Of a DNA stretch of 58,683 bases, positions 40,801 through 46,844 are shown piece after piece. Position numbers and translations under genes: made by a program. Source of the stretch: Nemertoderma westbladi (taxonomy: Eukaryota; Animalia; Xenacoelomorpha); contig JAUCBJ010003216.1 of assembly GCA_032718475.1 (NCBI GenBank), positions 1 through 58,683 of the forward strand. The letters run 5' to 3'. The notes beneath the pieces are model-generated. The model did no database searches, was not told the DNA's origin, and worked only from the letters and a program-made list of their open reading frames with translations. The stretch's first letter is position 1, and every line of letters starts with the position of its first letter.

Positions 40801-43800
40801 AGTACTCTGTAGTTGGTTTGCCAGGCATAAAAAGGCCGTGTCCTTGCTGTACTGGTGTTTTAGAGGACATAAAAGTCATTTCTTATGTATTTGTACTGTA
40901 TTTGTACTTTAGAGGACATAATTCACAATCTCATGACGCGATAAGCTAGATACTCTTGAAAACAGTGTCGCTACCATGACGATGGCTAACAGCTGATATT
41001 GCCACGTCGACGTTTCTTTGTTTCTTTGTTCTCTCGTTGTTCGGTTGACCAATCAGAGCGTTTGTTGTCTCTGTGTTGGAGGTGTATACAGAGGCTCAGT
41101 AGTTCAGTGTTATGTTTTTGCCCAGAGCCTAAGAACCGGCTTTTGGCACCTCCGTGTTTTCAGTTTTAGTCTTACACTAGTAGGCTTAATTATAAGGACA
41201 TATATCCGTTATCTAAACATAACATACCATACCTAATCAAACAACCTGTGCATACTTTTATATTGTTATACTGCTATTTACTGTCAGTTCTTCATAATAT
41301 GGTTGATGAATTATTATATTTGGAATAACGATAAATAACCCCGAAAACCCAATATTCTTGATATACCGAAGGTAAGAGAGAAAGGTTACATATAACGATT
41401 GTGACTTATGTTAAAGTGGTTTGAAGTGAATCTAATGTTATTTGATAGACCCTACATGATTCGGTCCGTGTTCCTTTTATATGTGACTAAAATCAGTGAA
41501 GCTCGGCAGATCAGTGTGCAGTATTGTGCAGCATTGTGTATGAGTGAGACTGATAACGAAGCATTTCCTAAAGAATGCGCCATATATGTGAATTATAACT
41601 AAGCCATATCGTTGTGAGTAGTTTAAGTCATAACTCTGTTTATATAGGTAGAGCGCCACGTCCTAAAGGAACTGTTAATATTTCCCGAAGGTGAATAATA
41701 TTGTCAGAGATTATATAACACTGTCAGTCGAATAATACATTAGGCCTACATAGCAATACGATTAAGCCGTCGAACCCAATCTCCCGGGTATATCCAGCGG
41801 GTGAATGATCGCGCACAGATTGGTTTCGACTAGTGTAGTGAATCAAATACTTGTCATAGGCTAAACGCGAATTATTATCTAGAAGACATCCTAATTTGGC
41901 GGGTTAAACTGCCAAAGGTCTGAAAGCGCGAACAAGCTCGATTTGGTAGAGTAGCTCGATCGGGAAGAGTAGCTCGATCGGGAAGAGTAGCTCGATCGGG
42001 AAGAGTAGCTCGATCGGGAAGAGTAGCTCGATCGGGAAGAGTAGCTCGATCGGGAAGAGTAGCTCGATCGGGAAGAGTAGCTCGATTTGGTAGAGTAGCT
42101 CGATCGGGAAGAGTAGCTCGATTTGGTAGAGTAGCTCGATCGGGAAGAGTAGCTCGATCGGGAAGAGTAGCTCGATCGGGAAGAGTAGCTCGATCGGGAA
42201 GAGTAGCTCGATCGGGAAGAGTAGCTCGATTTGGTAGAGTAGCTCGATCGGGAAAAGTAGCTCGATAGGGAAATGGTCGCTCTACTACTACTACAACGAC
42301 TACTATCTACTATCGACATGCTACATTGTATATAACATATATATATTAAAAATGCTGTGCCGGCTTATCAACAAAATTGCGAGGCCACAACTCCCTAATC
42401 CCAACTAATGGTCGGTAAAATAATAATAAATAATTAAAACTCACTTCCTATATCCTCCATTAGTCATTATTCTAGAGTAATAGCCCGGAGCGCAGTAGCA
42501 ATCAAACAAACTATCCGAAGCTTCATCGCACCCCATGCAAATACCAGGTTGACTACCCCCTACCTCGCACTGGTAACCTACAAGAATTAAATGTAAAAAA
42601 TAATATGCTGACATATTCACAATGATATGAGATATTATTTATTACTTGTACTGCACATATTGTATCTAAAGTAAATGATTCAATGACGAACTTGTCCATT
42701 ATAGATAATAAACCCATCCCCCTATTACAGCACCTACCCAAACGCAGTTATATTGTATTTTCGTTACTTTTAATATTAGTTCAAAATGCATTAGGCCTTA
42801 CTCTACTGAGCTTTACTAAACTTAACTAAAATTATTAATCATTTAATAATCCACACAATTAAGTAATAATACAAAACTTAATTTGATTACCTATGCAGAG
42901 ATGCGATTTGAATGGATGGGATGTGTATCCGTTTTTGCAGTAACACGATTTTTCCAACTTTCCGAGCTCGAAACATTCGCAGTTAGCTGTATACTCTTTG
43001 CAATTCTGTCCTAGACATGTTCTATCAAATCTACAAATACATACCGGTATGATAATTACGTTAGATTTTTATTGAAATGCAAAGTGAAACAAAAATTCTG
43101 AGAGAGGGAGGAGATTAGTTGGTGAATGGTAATCACGCTAGTATTCACTCAGTTGTTTTTATTGATGTTGTTTGTAGTGTTGTTGTTGTTGTTTATTTTC
43201 AGTTGGATTTTAGTAATTAGGCTTAATACGGCGCTGTCGCGAAGTTGGTAGAGCGTTGGACATGGAATCTCTAGGTACCGAGTTCAATTCCTCTTCCCGG
43301 TACATTTTTTTGGTAATAAGCCATTCATGGAGGCGGAGGGGACAGTTGATGCGTTAGTGGACGCGGAGCTATGGGCGATTTCGCGTTTCTTGTTACATAG
43401 AAATATAACTAATAGTAATATTCTCTATGGGTTTTATACATTCGAAATAATGATTATATATAATGAATGTAAATATTCATGAATAAACGCAATTGTGTCG
43501 TGATGCATATATATTCACAAATATTTTCATGTATTACAGCTTATTATATTTCGTGTTCATGTGTATTGTATTTAATATGTGTATTATTTATAACTATATA
43601 TATATAGATGTAAAAAGTGATGTATTATGAAATCCTACATACCCAAACAAAAACTTAAAGTTATATCGGTGTCAATCCATTGAAAAAATATTAAAATATA
43701 TATGGGCCAATCAACTGTCAACCATATTGACCAATGTCCCTTACGTACCGTAATATTTGAGATTTGTCGAATTTTGAAATTAACTTTGACAATCAATCAT

Positions 43801-46799
43801 ATTCATGATTAGAATGATCGATAATTTCTGCATATGAAACCAGAAAAGCCCCAAAAATATATTGGAGGCTATTGAGAGAAACACTCCGAAAAGCAAAAAT
43901 TGAGAATAAATTAATTTATGTCACGTTTGGGAAATTAATAAATTTTATTTCGTACATTATATTCTATTCCATATTCTTATAAATTTGAAGTATCAGTTAT
44001 TTAATGGTGGTATTGAGGTGTCCAGCAAGATATATCAGATCTAAGTAGAAAGTTCAATAGTAAGAAAAAAATTCAGAATTATGTCACTTATAAGAAATTT
44101 TTAATACAGTGACAACATAAAGTTTCACTTTCAGGGAAACTTTGCTGTGAAAAGTGCGGCTAGATATTTTTTTCATCATAATAACAATGTGATACACAAT
44201 ACTGTTGCATATAACACTATTATAATAAATTTTGACTTTTATTTTTCAATTGAAACAAATCATAAAATTCTTCAAACAACTCCTCCGCACTAGAATTTAA
44301 ATACAGTTTATAGTTCTTTCCACTGCAAAACTCAACAGTTCGCATTTTCTGATAAAAAAAACCTCCGTTAAGTATGGCACAGTTTTTTGAACCATTTTGG
44401 ACACGCTCACGCTTTTTTTGCAATTGATTCATACGCACTGATTAACCGCCTAAAATTGATAATCTAACTAATAAGGAAGAATACGAGTGGGAGTGATTAT
44501 GACTCACTTTTGACAATTTATATCCTATTAAATTAATCTTTTACTGAGTGTCACGTATGTGACAACAAATCGGACCACGTTAATTTTTTTTTGTATTTCT
44601 GATATCTCCAATTTACTATGAAACTATGTTTATTTGTTCACAGGAATTATACTCAGCAGGGATTTTAATCGTTTAATTGTTCACAGGAATTATACTCAGC
44701 AGGGGTTTTAATCGTTTATTTGTTCACAGGAATTATACTCAGCAGGGGTTTTAATCGTTTATTTGTTCATAGGAATTATACTCAGCAGGGGTTTTAATCG
44801 TTTATTTGTTCACAGGAATTATACTCAGCAGGGGTTTTAATCGTTTATTTGTTCACAGGAATTATACTCACAGGGATATTAATAGTTTATTTGTTCACAG
44901 GAATTATACTCAGCAGGGATTTTAATCGTTTAATTGTTCACAGGAATTATACTCAGCAGGGGTTTTAATCGTTTATTTGTTCACAGGAATTATACTCAGC
45001 AGGGGTTTTAATCGTTTATTTGTTCACAGGAATTATACTCAGCAGGGGTTTTAATCGTTTATTTGTTCACAGGAATTATACTCAGCAGGGGTTTTAATCG
45101 TTTATTTGTTCACAGGAATTATACTCAGCAGGGGTTTTAATCGTTTATTTGTTCACAGGAATTATACTCAGCAGGGATATTAATCGTTTATTTGTTCACA
45201 GGAATTATACTCAGCAGGGATATTAATCGTTTATTTGTTCACAGGAATTATACTCAGCAGGGATATTAATCGTTTATTTGTTCACAGGAATTATACTCAG
45301 CAGGGGTTTTAATCGTTTATTTGTTCATAGGAATTATACTCAGCAGGGGTTTTAATCGTTTATTTGTTCACAGGAATTATACTCAGCAGGGGTTTTAATC
45401 GTTTATTTGTTCACAGGAATTATACTCAGCAGGGGTTTTAATCGTTTATTTGTTCACAGGAATTATACTCAGCAGGGGTTTTAATCGTTTATTTGTTCAC
45501 AGGAATTATACTCAGCAGGGATATTAATCGTTTATTTGTTCACAGGAATTATACTCAGCAGGGATATTAATCGTTTATTTGTTCACAGGAATTATACTCA
45601 GCAGGGATATTAATCGTTTATTTGTTCACAGGAATTATACTCAGCAGGGATATTAATCGTTTATTTGTTCACAGGAATTATACTCACAGGGATATTAATC
45701 GTTTATTTGTTCATAGGAATTATACTCAGCAGGGATATTAATCGTTTATTTGTTCACAGGAATTATACTCAGCAGGGATATTAATCGTTTATTTGTTCAC
45801 AGGAATTATACTCAGCAGGGATATTAATCGTTTATTTGTTCACAGGAATTATACTCACAGGGATATGAATCGTTTATTTGTTCACAGGAATTATACTCAG
45901 CAGGGATATTAATCGTTTATTTGTTCACAGGAATTATACTCAGCAGGGATATTAATCGTTTATTTGTTCACAGGAATTATACTCAGCAGGGATATTAATC
46001 GTTTATTTGTTCACAGGAATTATACTCACAGGGATATTAATCGTTTATTTGTTCATAGGAATTATACTCAGCAGGGATATTAATCGTTTATTTGTTCACA
46101 GGAATTATACTCACAGGGATATTAATCGTTTATTTGTTCACAGGAATTATACTCAGCAGGGGTTTTATTCGTTTATTTGTTCATAGGAATTATACTCAGC
46201 AGGGGATTTAATCGTTTATTTGTTCACCGGAATTATACTCAGCAGGGATATTAATCGTTTGGCACCTGAATTGAAATTTTAATGGCAAAAATGAGCCCGT
46301 AATCACAATCATAAAATTTGAAATTTCTCCAGTAACTGACATTAATTTTTTTCAAAATTCGTTGTAGCCTTTTCTATAACAAACTGTGGTTGGAGTGAAT
46401 CACAGCAGGATGGAACCGATTATAGTGTATTCGGCAATCAAATTATCAAAGCCATTCGAATGAGTTACATTTTGTATTAATGATTAATAATATATCAATT
46501 AATTTGATTAAAAGCAATGAAATGAAATGAAATGAATATTTTTAGTCCCGTACGTGAGTTGGTCAATATGGTTGGCAATGCAGCATAATAGTGGCAATGC
46601 AGCATAATATTAATTGAAACCGATAACATTTACCTGATCTTCCACCCCGGCATGCATTTACAATCCTTGAGTATTTCAACCGGTGAGTTGTCGTGTTCCC
46701 TTACCTCTACCACTACACATTGGCAACCGGGGTACCCCTCTATGCAAACATCTGTGCATTCGCCCGGTCCCGTTAGCACTAAACCATCTCGGCAGATAA
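1661..46799 (-). CDS. Multi-exon host gene (partial; 14 exons in window), large cysteine-rich protein with tandem EGF-like repeats, probably extracellular
   Basis: Exons in transcription order: 46634-46799, 42891-43030, 42445-42577, 28949-29109, 27538-27804, 26041-26174, 20848-20983, 20182-20391, 14872-15012, 14444-14572, 9951-10108, 4403-4586, 2175-2297, 1661-1828. All have AG/GT boundaries. Phases chain as 1-2-1-2-1-1-0-1-1-1-1-0-1-1-1 into a stop-free 750-codon frame with ~15 Cys repeats. Start and stop codons are not in the window. Confidence 0.88.
2175..2297 (-). CDS. Host gene exon 13 (phase 1-1)
   Basis: ggcag|ATCGTTGC...TGTCAAG|gtgggt; DRCEKDLRPDICNNQCIGSLCKCRTGSTIFSTNASGGPGCQ. Confidence 0.8.
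2958..3950 (+). mobile_element. 5'-truncated CRE-clade non-LTR retrotransposon (zinc knuckle plus restriction-like endonuclease)
   Basis: GC-rich island in ORF 2935-3999: PRIGGMG, CDGCGAPFDLNHGLNC knuckle, HNELRD, RCDV..R, ALIDIRL, EDKKKRLY, GWVRTR...RGSR. No RT core present. Confidence 0.8.
4403..4586 (-). CDS. Host gene exon 12 (phase 0-1)
   Basis: ctgtag|GAATTAGAA...TGTACCG|gttagt; ELEGCDAAGHCKPGYIPTEGRSCQHIVCEPLSENCLCRDEGDPKTCKCGRGFASDGKGRCT. Confidence 0.85.
6060..6300. repeat. 21-bp minisatellite (CACCRACCTCGTCCATCTCGT-like, ~11 copies) inside the Sola2 element
   Basis: 7-aa periodicity in the overlapping ORFs 6003-6406; the minus frame reads MDEVGDE repeats. Confidence 0.9.
6327..8384 (-). 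pseudogene. Frameshifted Sola2 DDD transposase
   Basis: ORF pieces 8019-8384, 7447-7965, 7190-7489, 6732-7193, 6327-6710. Motifs: CPDKRK, CLCVICDN, HIDWSENY, FSDSPMGQYRNR, HGKGPADGLGGTVK. Confidence 0.8.
9951..10108 (-). CDS. Host gene exon 11 (phase 1-0)
   Basis: tttcag|CCGAGTGT...GGCCCG|gtaagg; PECFDIKSDLENKDHCTCNEEGLDCSCDPGFIAPQVKYPERISGFCITECVGP. Confidence 0.88.
10851..11260. mobile_element. Possible non-autonomous Helentron-like element
   Basis: Short inverted termini TTAAGCTG...CAGCTATAA with subterminal GCAATGCCGCATT/AATGCAGC motifs; no ORF. Confidence 0.3.
11583..14108 (+). mobile_element. 5'-truncated, frameshifted CRE-clade non-LTR retrotransposon (RT plus restriction-like endonuclease)
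   Basis: SAAGP..LRPQ, IRPFAVG, KIDFKNAF, GVQQGDPLG, WFLDDG, SLPIASGGLG, degenerate knuckle, H..ANDVI, RKPDG, LIWDF, FLFQRLSIAI, spread over 3-4 frames. Candidate TSD ATATTGTAAAA at 11572-11582 and 14109-14119. Confidence 0.88.
14444..14572 (-). CDS. Host gene exon 10 (phase 1-1)
   Basis: ttacag|AATATGAT...TGCTCAC|gtgagt; EYDCETEFHGDHCTCSDITDKTTCFCDKYYYSSFSNDNKRICS. Confidence 0.85.
14872..15012 (-). CDS. Host gene exon 9 (phase 1-1)
   Basis: ttatag|ATTACGAA...TGTAAAG|gtaagt; DYECGYVDDSNCVCNPNQPGSIWECSCKTGTTPMVINDGASEVKMCK. Confidence 0.88.
16186..18301 (-). mobile_element. 5'-truncated RTE-like LINE with disrupted RT
   Basis: KASGLDEIP, PKKGDL...NYRGI, QNGFRP, FVDFKKAFDS, GDTLAP, FADDIALL, FQYLGS, LRFSGHC. 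(TAG)n 3' tail at 16186-16200 and 12-bp TSD GCTGGGCTGATA (16174-16185 and 18302-18313). Confidence 0.9.
19259..19585 (+). mobile_element. Penelope-like element remnant (pseudo-LTR with inverted duplicate)
   Basis: 73-bp inverted repeat (19305-19377 and 19515-19587, 2 mismatches), 12-bp flanking direct repeat ATATCCCCAGAT (19247-19258 and 19586-19597), and an internal hammerhead motif. Confidence 0.6.
19467..19511 (+). ncRNA. Minimal type I hammerhead ribozyme motif
   Basis: Stem I GGTC, core CTGACGA, stem II CCCC-aaa-GGGG, GAAA, palindromic TATA loop, TA (predicted cleavage after 19504), then GACC. Confidence 0.65.
20006..20134. repeat. 13-bp minisatellite (CAGTTCCAATACC) x ~10
   Basis: Perfect tandem array; explains the WVLELGIGTGYWN periodicity in ORF 19973-20212. 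Confidence 0.95.
20182..20391 (-). CDS. Host gene exon 8 (phase 1-1; two repeats)
   Basis: ttttag|ATGTATGT...TGTATAG|gtaaga; DVCPSVDGDTDKCACKYKDNGCECAGGLKPTQGPICDTRCKQGYPGCECTTGNDCKCVDGLQAWWDGTCI. Confidence 0.9.
20848..20983 (-). CDS. Host gene exon 7 (phase 0-1; spacer module)
   Basis: attcag|GTGGATAGA...TGTAAAG|gttggt; VDRRFCRIHCESKQKQEDGYFEGFTNIRQQHYTYNDNSFDILVCK; needed to reconcile the flanking phases. Confidence 0.8.
21018..24119. repeat. 50-bp satellite, ~62 copies
   Basis: Unit AAGTCGTAGATTACACTACATAAATACAACACAAAGCAATAGCGAGGCAT, head-to-tail, with no unique spacers. Confidence 0.97.
24202..25932 (-). mobile_element. Tc1/mariner relic (DD41D/rosa-like) with ~190-bp TIRs
   Basis: TA|CAGGGTGTTCATTTAAATTT ... 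AAATTTAAATGAACACCCTG|TA. Degenerate transposase on minus at ~24790-24930: LQQ-GAPLHW...VRTFINQTFPDLWIGRDGPIPWPD*SPDL. Confidence 0.85.
24425..24660 (-). mobile_element. tRNA-derived SINE fragment nested in the mariner relic
   Basis: Minus strand has a B-box-like GGTCGTGGGTTAGATCCTCAC, a LINE-like 3' stem (GGGACCGCACTGGAAATAAGTC...GACTT...AATCCC) and a T-rich tail. It sits between the TIR and the transposase remnant. Confidence 0.5.
26041..26174 (-). CDS. Host gene exon 6 (phase 1-0)
   Basis: atacag|GATACGAA...TGGAAG|gttcgt; GYECEPGSPNCQTCRREEGKKPENLLKCNCEEGYLSILRYDPYWK. Confidence 0.85.
26490..27200 (-). mobile_element. 3' fragment of a non-LTR retrotransposon (post-RT C-terminus, 3' UTR and (AAATT)n tail); clade uncertain, RTEX-like
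   Basis: ORF 26682-27191 YATSFYGSCLW.L...WN...R.VWGLP..THR resembles LINE ORF2 C-termini; pentamer tail at ~26491-26514. Confidence 0.65.
27538..27804 (-). CDS. Host gene exon 5 (phase 1-1; two repeats)
   Basis: atacag|GTGAATGT...TGTAGAG|gtaagc; GECLYNAEGCMCEPGNKNCRCDSTKGYMLRWDQTCLPRQCVDGNPWCQC...CLCRDGY...GYCR. Confidence 0.9.
27920..28851. mobile_element. hAT-like non-autonomous element carrying an internal LINE RT fragment
   Basis: 10-bp TIR CAGGCCCGTA/TACGGGCCTG, imperfect 8-bp TSD CCTGGGGG/CCTGGATG, and subterminal GGGGC...poly-C motifs at both ends. Confidence 0.65.
28015..28788 (+). pseudogene. RTE-like RT N-terminal half (captured fragment)
   Basis: Open frame with WKAHFEKLLN, RASGVDGVPPE, PKKGNL, RGISL, QNGFRKGR, FVDFFKAFDSV. 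It ends before the QGD and ADD catalytic motifs. Confidence 0.85.
28949..29109 (-). CDS. Host gene exon 4 (phase 2-1; spacer module)
   Basis: catttag|ATGTCTCCCA...ATAACAG|gtaagt; CLPIAHPIDSCGTLGIPDPLPVHYLVDSSENNRKFIVHATRSLNDKCPLFKIT. Confidence 0.82.
29138..29672. repeat. 18-bp satellite (GATCGGGAAGAGTAGCTC), left part
   Basis: About 30 tandem units, interrupted by the LTR element. Confidence 0.95.
29673..30847 (+). repeat. 5' LTR
   Basis: TGTAAAAGC...GCGCGAACA; I spotted only 4 substitutions versus the 3' LTR by eye. Confidence 0.95.
31242..31810 (+). repeat. Tandem duplication (2 x ~289 bp) in the element's 5' leader
   Basis: AATTTGTAGGCTG starts at 31242 and 31531; the ~170-bp cores are nearly identical. 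Confidence 0.9.
33132..37616 (+). CDS. gag: BEL/Pao Gag-aspartic protease polyprotein with in-frame loss of RT and most of RNase H, and no integrase (1494 aa)
   Basis: Ala-rich coiled coil, KFNGDEMKWLPF Gag core, three knuckles (CVLCDGPH..C, CYNCLRRGH..C, CAKCGAKHH..LH), protease LLDSGSTGTFI, RTRVGWYLTGP, then almost directly QWRYCP..FNPTDIASRG. No YxDD or DDE core. Confidence 0.92.
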   Translation: MSDTRQTLSDSLLETTVCLSDRSIENPRPRSETPPTVRKTTPTVAVSEPRLVEAISQFAKLVKRRRSIIGTRAQVKRDQEAAEPQQPASQELSSQRPESSSSSDTVERTPERGAKMADTVYDERPTYEESTNTTSSQEESEGTAEGPRKRDAIDIYLSDYQRFVGDEELRRRLEGLSPNSEGTKLVLDAIDAEMLAANQAKFDEQLRLTRVQEEQVKKKRIEDRKKAAVVAAEAERKAAAAEAAAEAKAAEAERKAAAAAAKAAAEAKAAEAERKAAMAAAEAERKAAEAVAEAEWRAAEETIQLELENIQENQDCINKQLTASNMQMMNRSTPKRQGYTSSEEGDTTDTEGKGNRSHLSRRKRTFHRQKLPDLPPAVRRQLNNTNLGSTEPTDQIIKIERLPTIVDEPEIIRPVLEITPSVIDTPVLPEATSKFPLHSTKLPVPSRTAQETVQVLDPERNIHDLSPVVPRPPATTLETPASAVEWVDERRRGMDLLLGQMQETVQQFKGTVRESRLELQEVQQSIALERDKLVNTQRGIPPPSVTMCQPVRSEVSHAQGVEPTRIYTASEVETPIVNPIKGNYRPVDNDIPYRLDHNPRNLYTDNSILNNTMAQESFTHQMARTEARQAVKVGEIVKFNGDEMKWLPFNEYYKDNIQNSVLSNGEKLRFLIECLEGSPKLMALKFIGHPDGLRQVWDTLNIRYGNRNNIAGYLYAKLVAPRKFISSGIIEFSDEIQEICRQLDWLGKSQEYQNAMVIRAVASTLPKGGVGTRWDKKVLYMMEQQRRDPTMADLMSFLDGEVKLQLLKLSREKTLENKVSEKPVSRRRVTPVCYTDDGESQTSQGEDSGKDTERSYVNKTPKDQVSKSKSRPNDRREPVQKTPPTSPKRIQVRKPEERTSVHRIAQVKVSNIKPKCVLCDGPHRLNACDKFLRKSLKDRREDMWDKRLCYNCLRRGHQRRTCYSDARCAKCGAKHHILLHAEFERNSPNQVSDSELHVQFSDVNDTDQSEMEGFYTDEFSDQNESCYLINTTAVYRALVHEKDTDSDLTLTTSDQQPSWKTPTSNIGIREFPVVQLRVHGPQKSYIVNTLLDSGSTGTFIDKELAEDIFAGQPKFRNKLNMSGIMQVWKSAVAADYYIGELSTPQDKLGEYSIRSVKMVAIKNFATTQVEPYNWDEDDHAQQLNIPRFDTDYPGVQILIGQNAHEALETLEKRPAQPQPLQTYAVRTRVGWYLTGPSRRTLRERLLQDRVCQVSEWEDDTSEGDDPTEGTPHSSDNDNLSSNVDQWRYCPKQFNPTDIASRGATPQELTDTTDRLGEPDFLSKEDEWPPHLTPTEIRPAKGAEKVKTKTRTGGSELFEPGIDLSVLHIARDDAVDLDLPTASGSFKKIRGSDWSSGTSDVSQGLLPLLQGATDHYSSWNRLCNAVIYFERCFYRHYSRTKRKPGIVFGMQRLNHPVGRLCLPEGNGGLSGNCGRQDSLPTTTSLILQTSRDSIT
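38155..38418 (+). ncRNA. Pair of homologous ~85-nt stem-loops (putative structured RNA)
   Basis: 38155-38238 and 38333-38418 share ATTCTAGTC..TTAAGATATCG-loop-CGATAT.CTT..AAGAC..TAGAAT; the basal stems differ in sequence but both pair. Confidence 0.55.
39261..40034 (+). CDS. Orphan accessory ORF of the LTR element (257 aa, env position, unknown function)
   Basis: ATG-initiated ORF with globular-like composition in the sense orientation of the element; TATAGCAG just upstream may be a splice acceptor; no signal peptide or recognisable domain. Confidence 0.55.
   Translation: MIELIEDDLGIRERYTLPLQAFVDSLFTARYTYRNGTYVDFLTTGHPIDLHDTDNVDTKREMVRLKYPTQRRRNDKPRMEHENSIRNRLEREDVEEPDKRSDFNDYLEFLIETYLNIASQQNLETRYPQGIHHDRMVELKRLDSPMMYLTADRPLPVVPNSFERMEEYCMLEKDHSRFPYQTCVFGIITINALDPANKRKDINIHGNVVLNTVVLVIFTGVSSETCLTYQLCSLGSNDPGVNLRSESRNTRSELIIP
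40760..41934 (+). repeat. 3' LTR
   Basis: Same length as and near-identical to 29673-30847. Confidence 0.95.
41935..42270. repeat. 18-bp satellite, right part
   Basis: Continues the 29138-29672 array in register after the TSD. Confidence 0.95.
42445..42577 (-). CDS. Host gene exon 3 (phase 1-2)
   Basis: ttgtag|GTTACCAG...TATAGGAA|gtgagt; GYQCEVGGSQPGICMGCDEASDSLFDCYCAPGYYSRIMTNGGYRK. Confidence 0.88.
42891..43030 (-). CDS. Host gene exon 2 (phase 2-1)
   Basis: ttgtag|ATTTGAT...TGCATAG|gtaatc; FDRTCLGQNCKEYTANCECFELGKLEKSCYCKNGYTSHPFKSHLCI. Confidence 0.88.
43070..43392 (+). mobile_element. Short repeat element with a tRNA-like (A/B box) segment and a Helitron-like 3' end
   Basis: GCGAAGTTGGTAGAGCG...GAGTTCAATTCC followed by a T-tract (~43230-43311); ACGCG...CGCGT hairpin then CTTG at the end. 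Left boundary approximate. Confidence 0.35.
43719..46574. mobile_element. Decayed TIR element enclosing the 43-bp satellite
   Basis: 16-bp inverted repeat CAACCATATTGACCAA / TTGGTCAATATGGTTG, each followed internally by ACGTAC. No clear TSD or intact transposase. Confidence 0.45.
44627..46260. repeat. 43-bp satellite, ~38 copies
   Basis: Unit TTATTTGTTCACAGGAATTATACTCAGCAGGG(GTT/ATA)TTAATCGT. Confidence 0.97.
46634..46799 (-). CDS. Host gene exon 1 in window (phase 1-2)
   Basis: ttttag|TTATCTGC...AAGATCAG|gtaaat; ICRDGLVLTGPGECTDVCIEGYPGCQCVVVEVREHDNSPVEILKDCKCMPGWKIR. Confidence 0.88.
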
Positions 46800-46844
46800 C
46801 TAAAAATATAAATTTTCGGTTGAGTAATTAGCAAGCTTGATTAC

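Larger units (their letters stand above)
29673..41934 (+). mobile_element. Non-autonomous BEL/Pao LTR retrotransposon, 12.3 kb
   Basis: TG...CA LTRs of 1175 bp, 5-bp TSD AGCTC (29668-29672 and 41935-41939), purine tract GGGAGCGG before the 3' LTR, and a BEL-type Gag-protease ORF. Confidence 0.95.

Noticed and set aside
43230-43305. tRNA gene
   Set aside because: A- and B-box-like motifs are present, but the acceptor and anticodon stems do not pair; treated as a repeat-borne tRNA-derived fragment.
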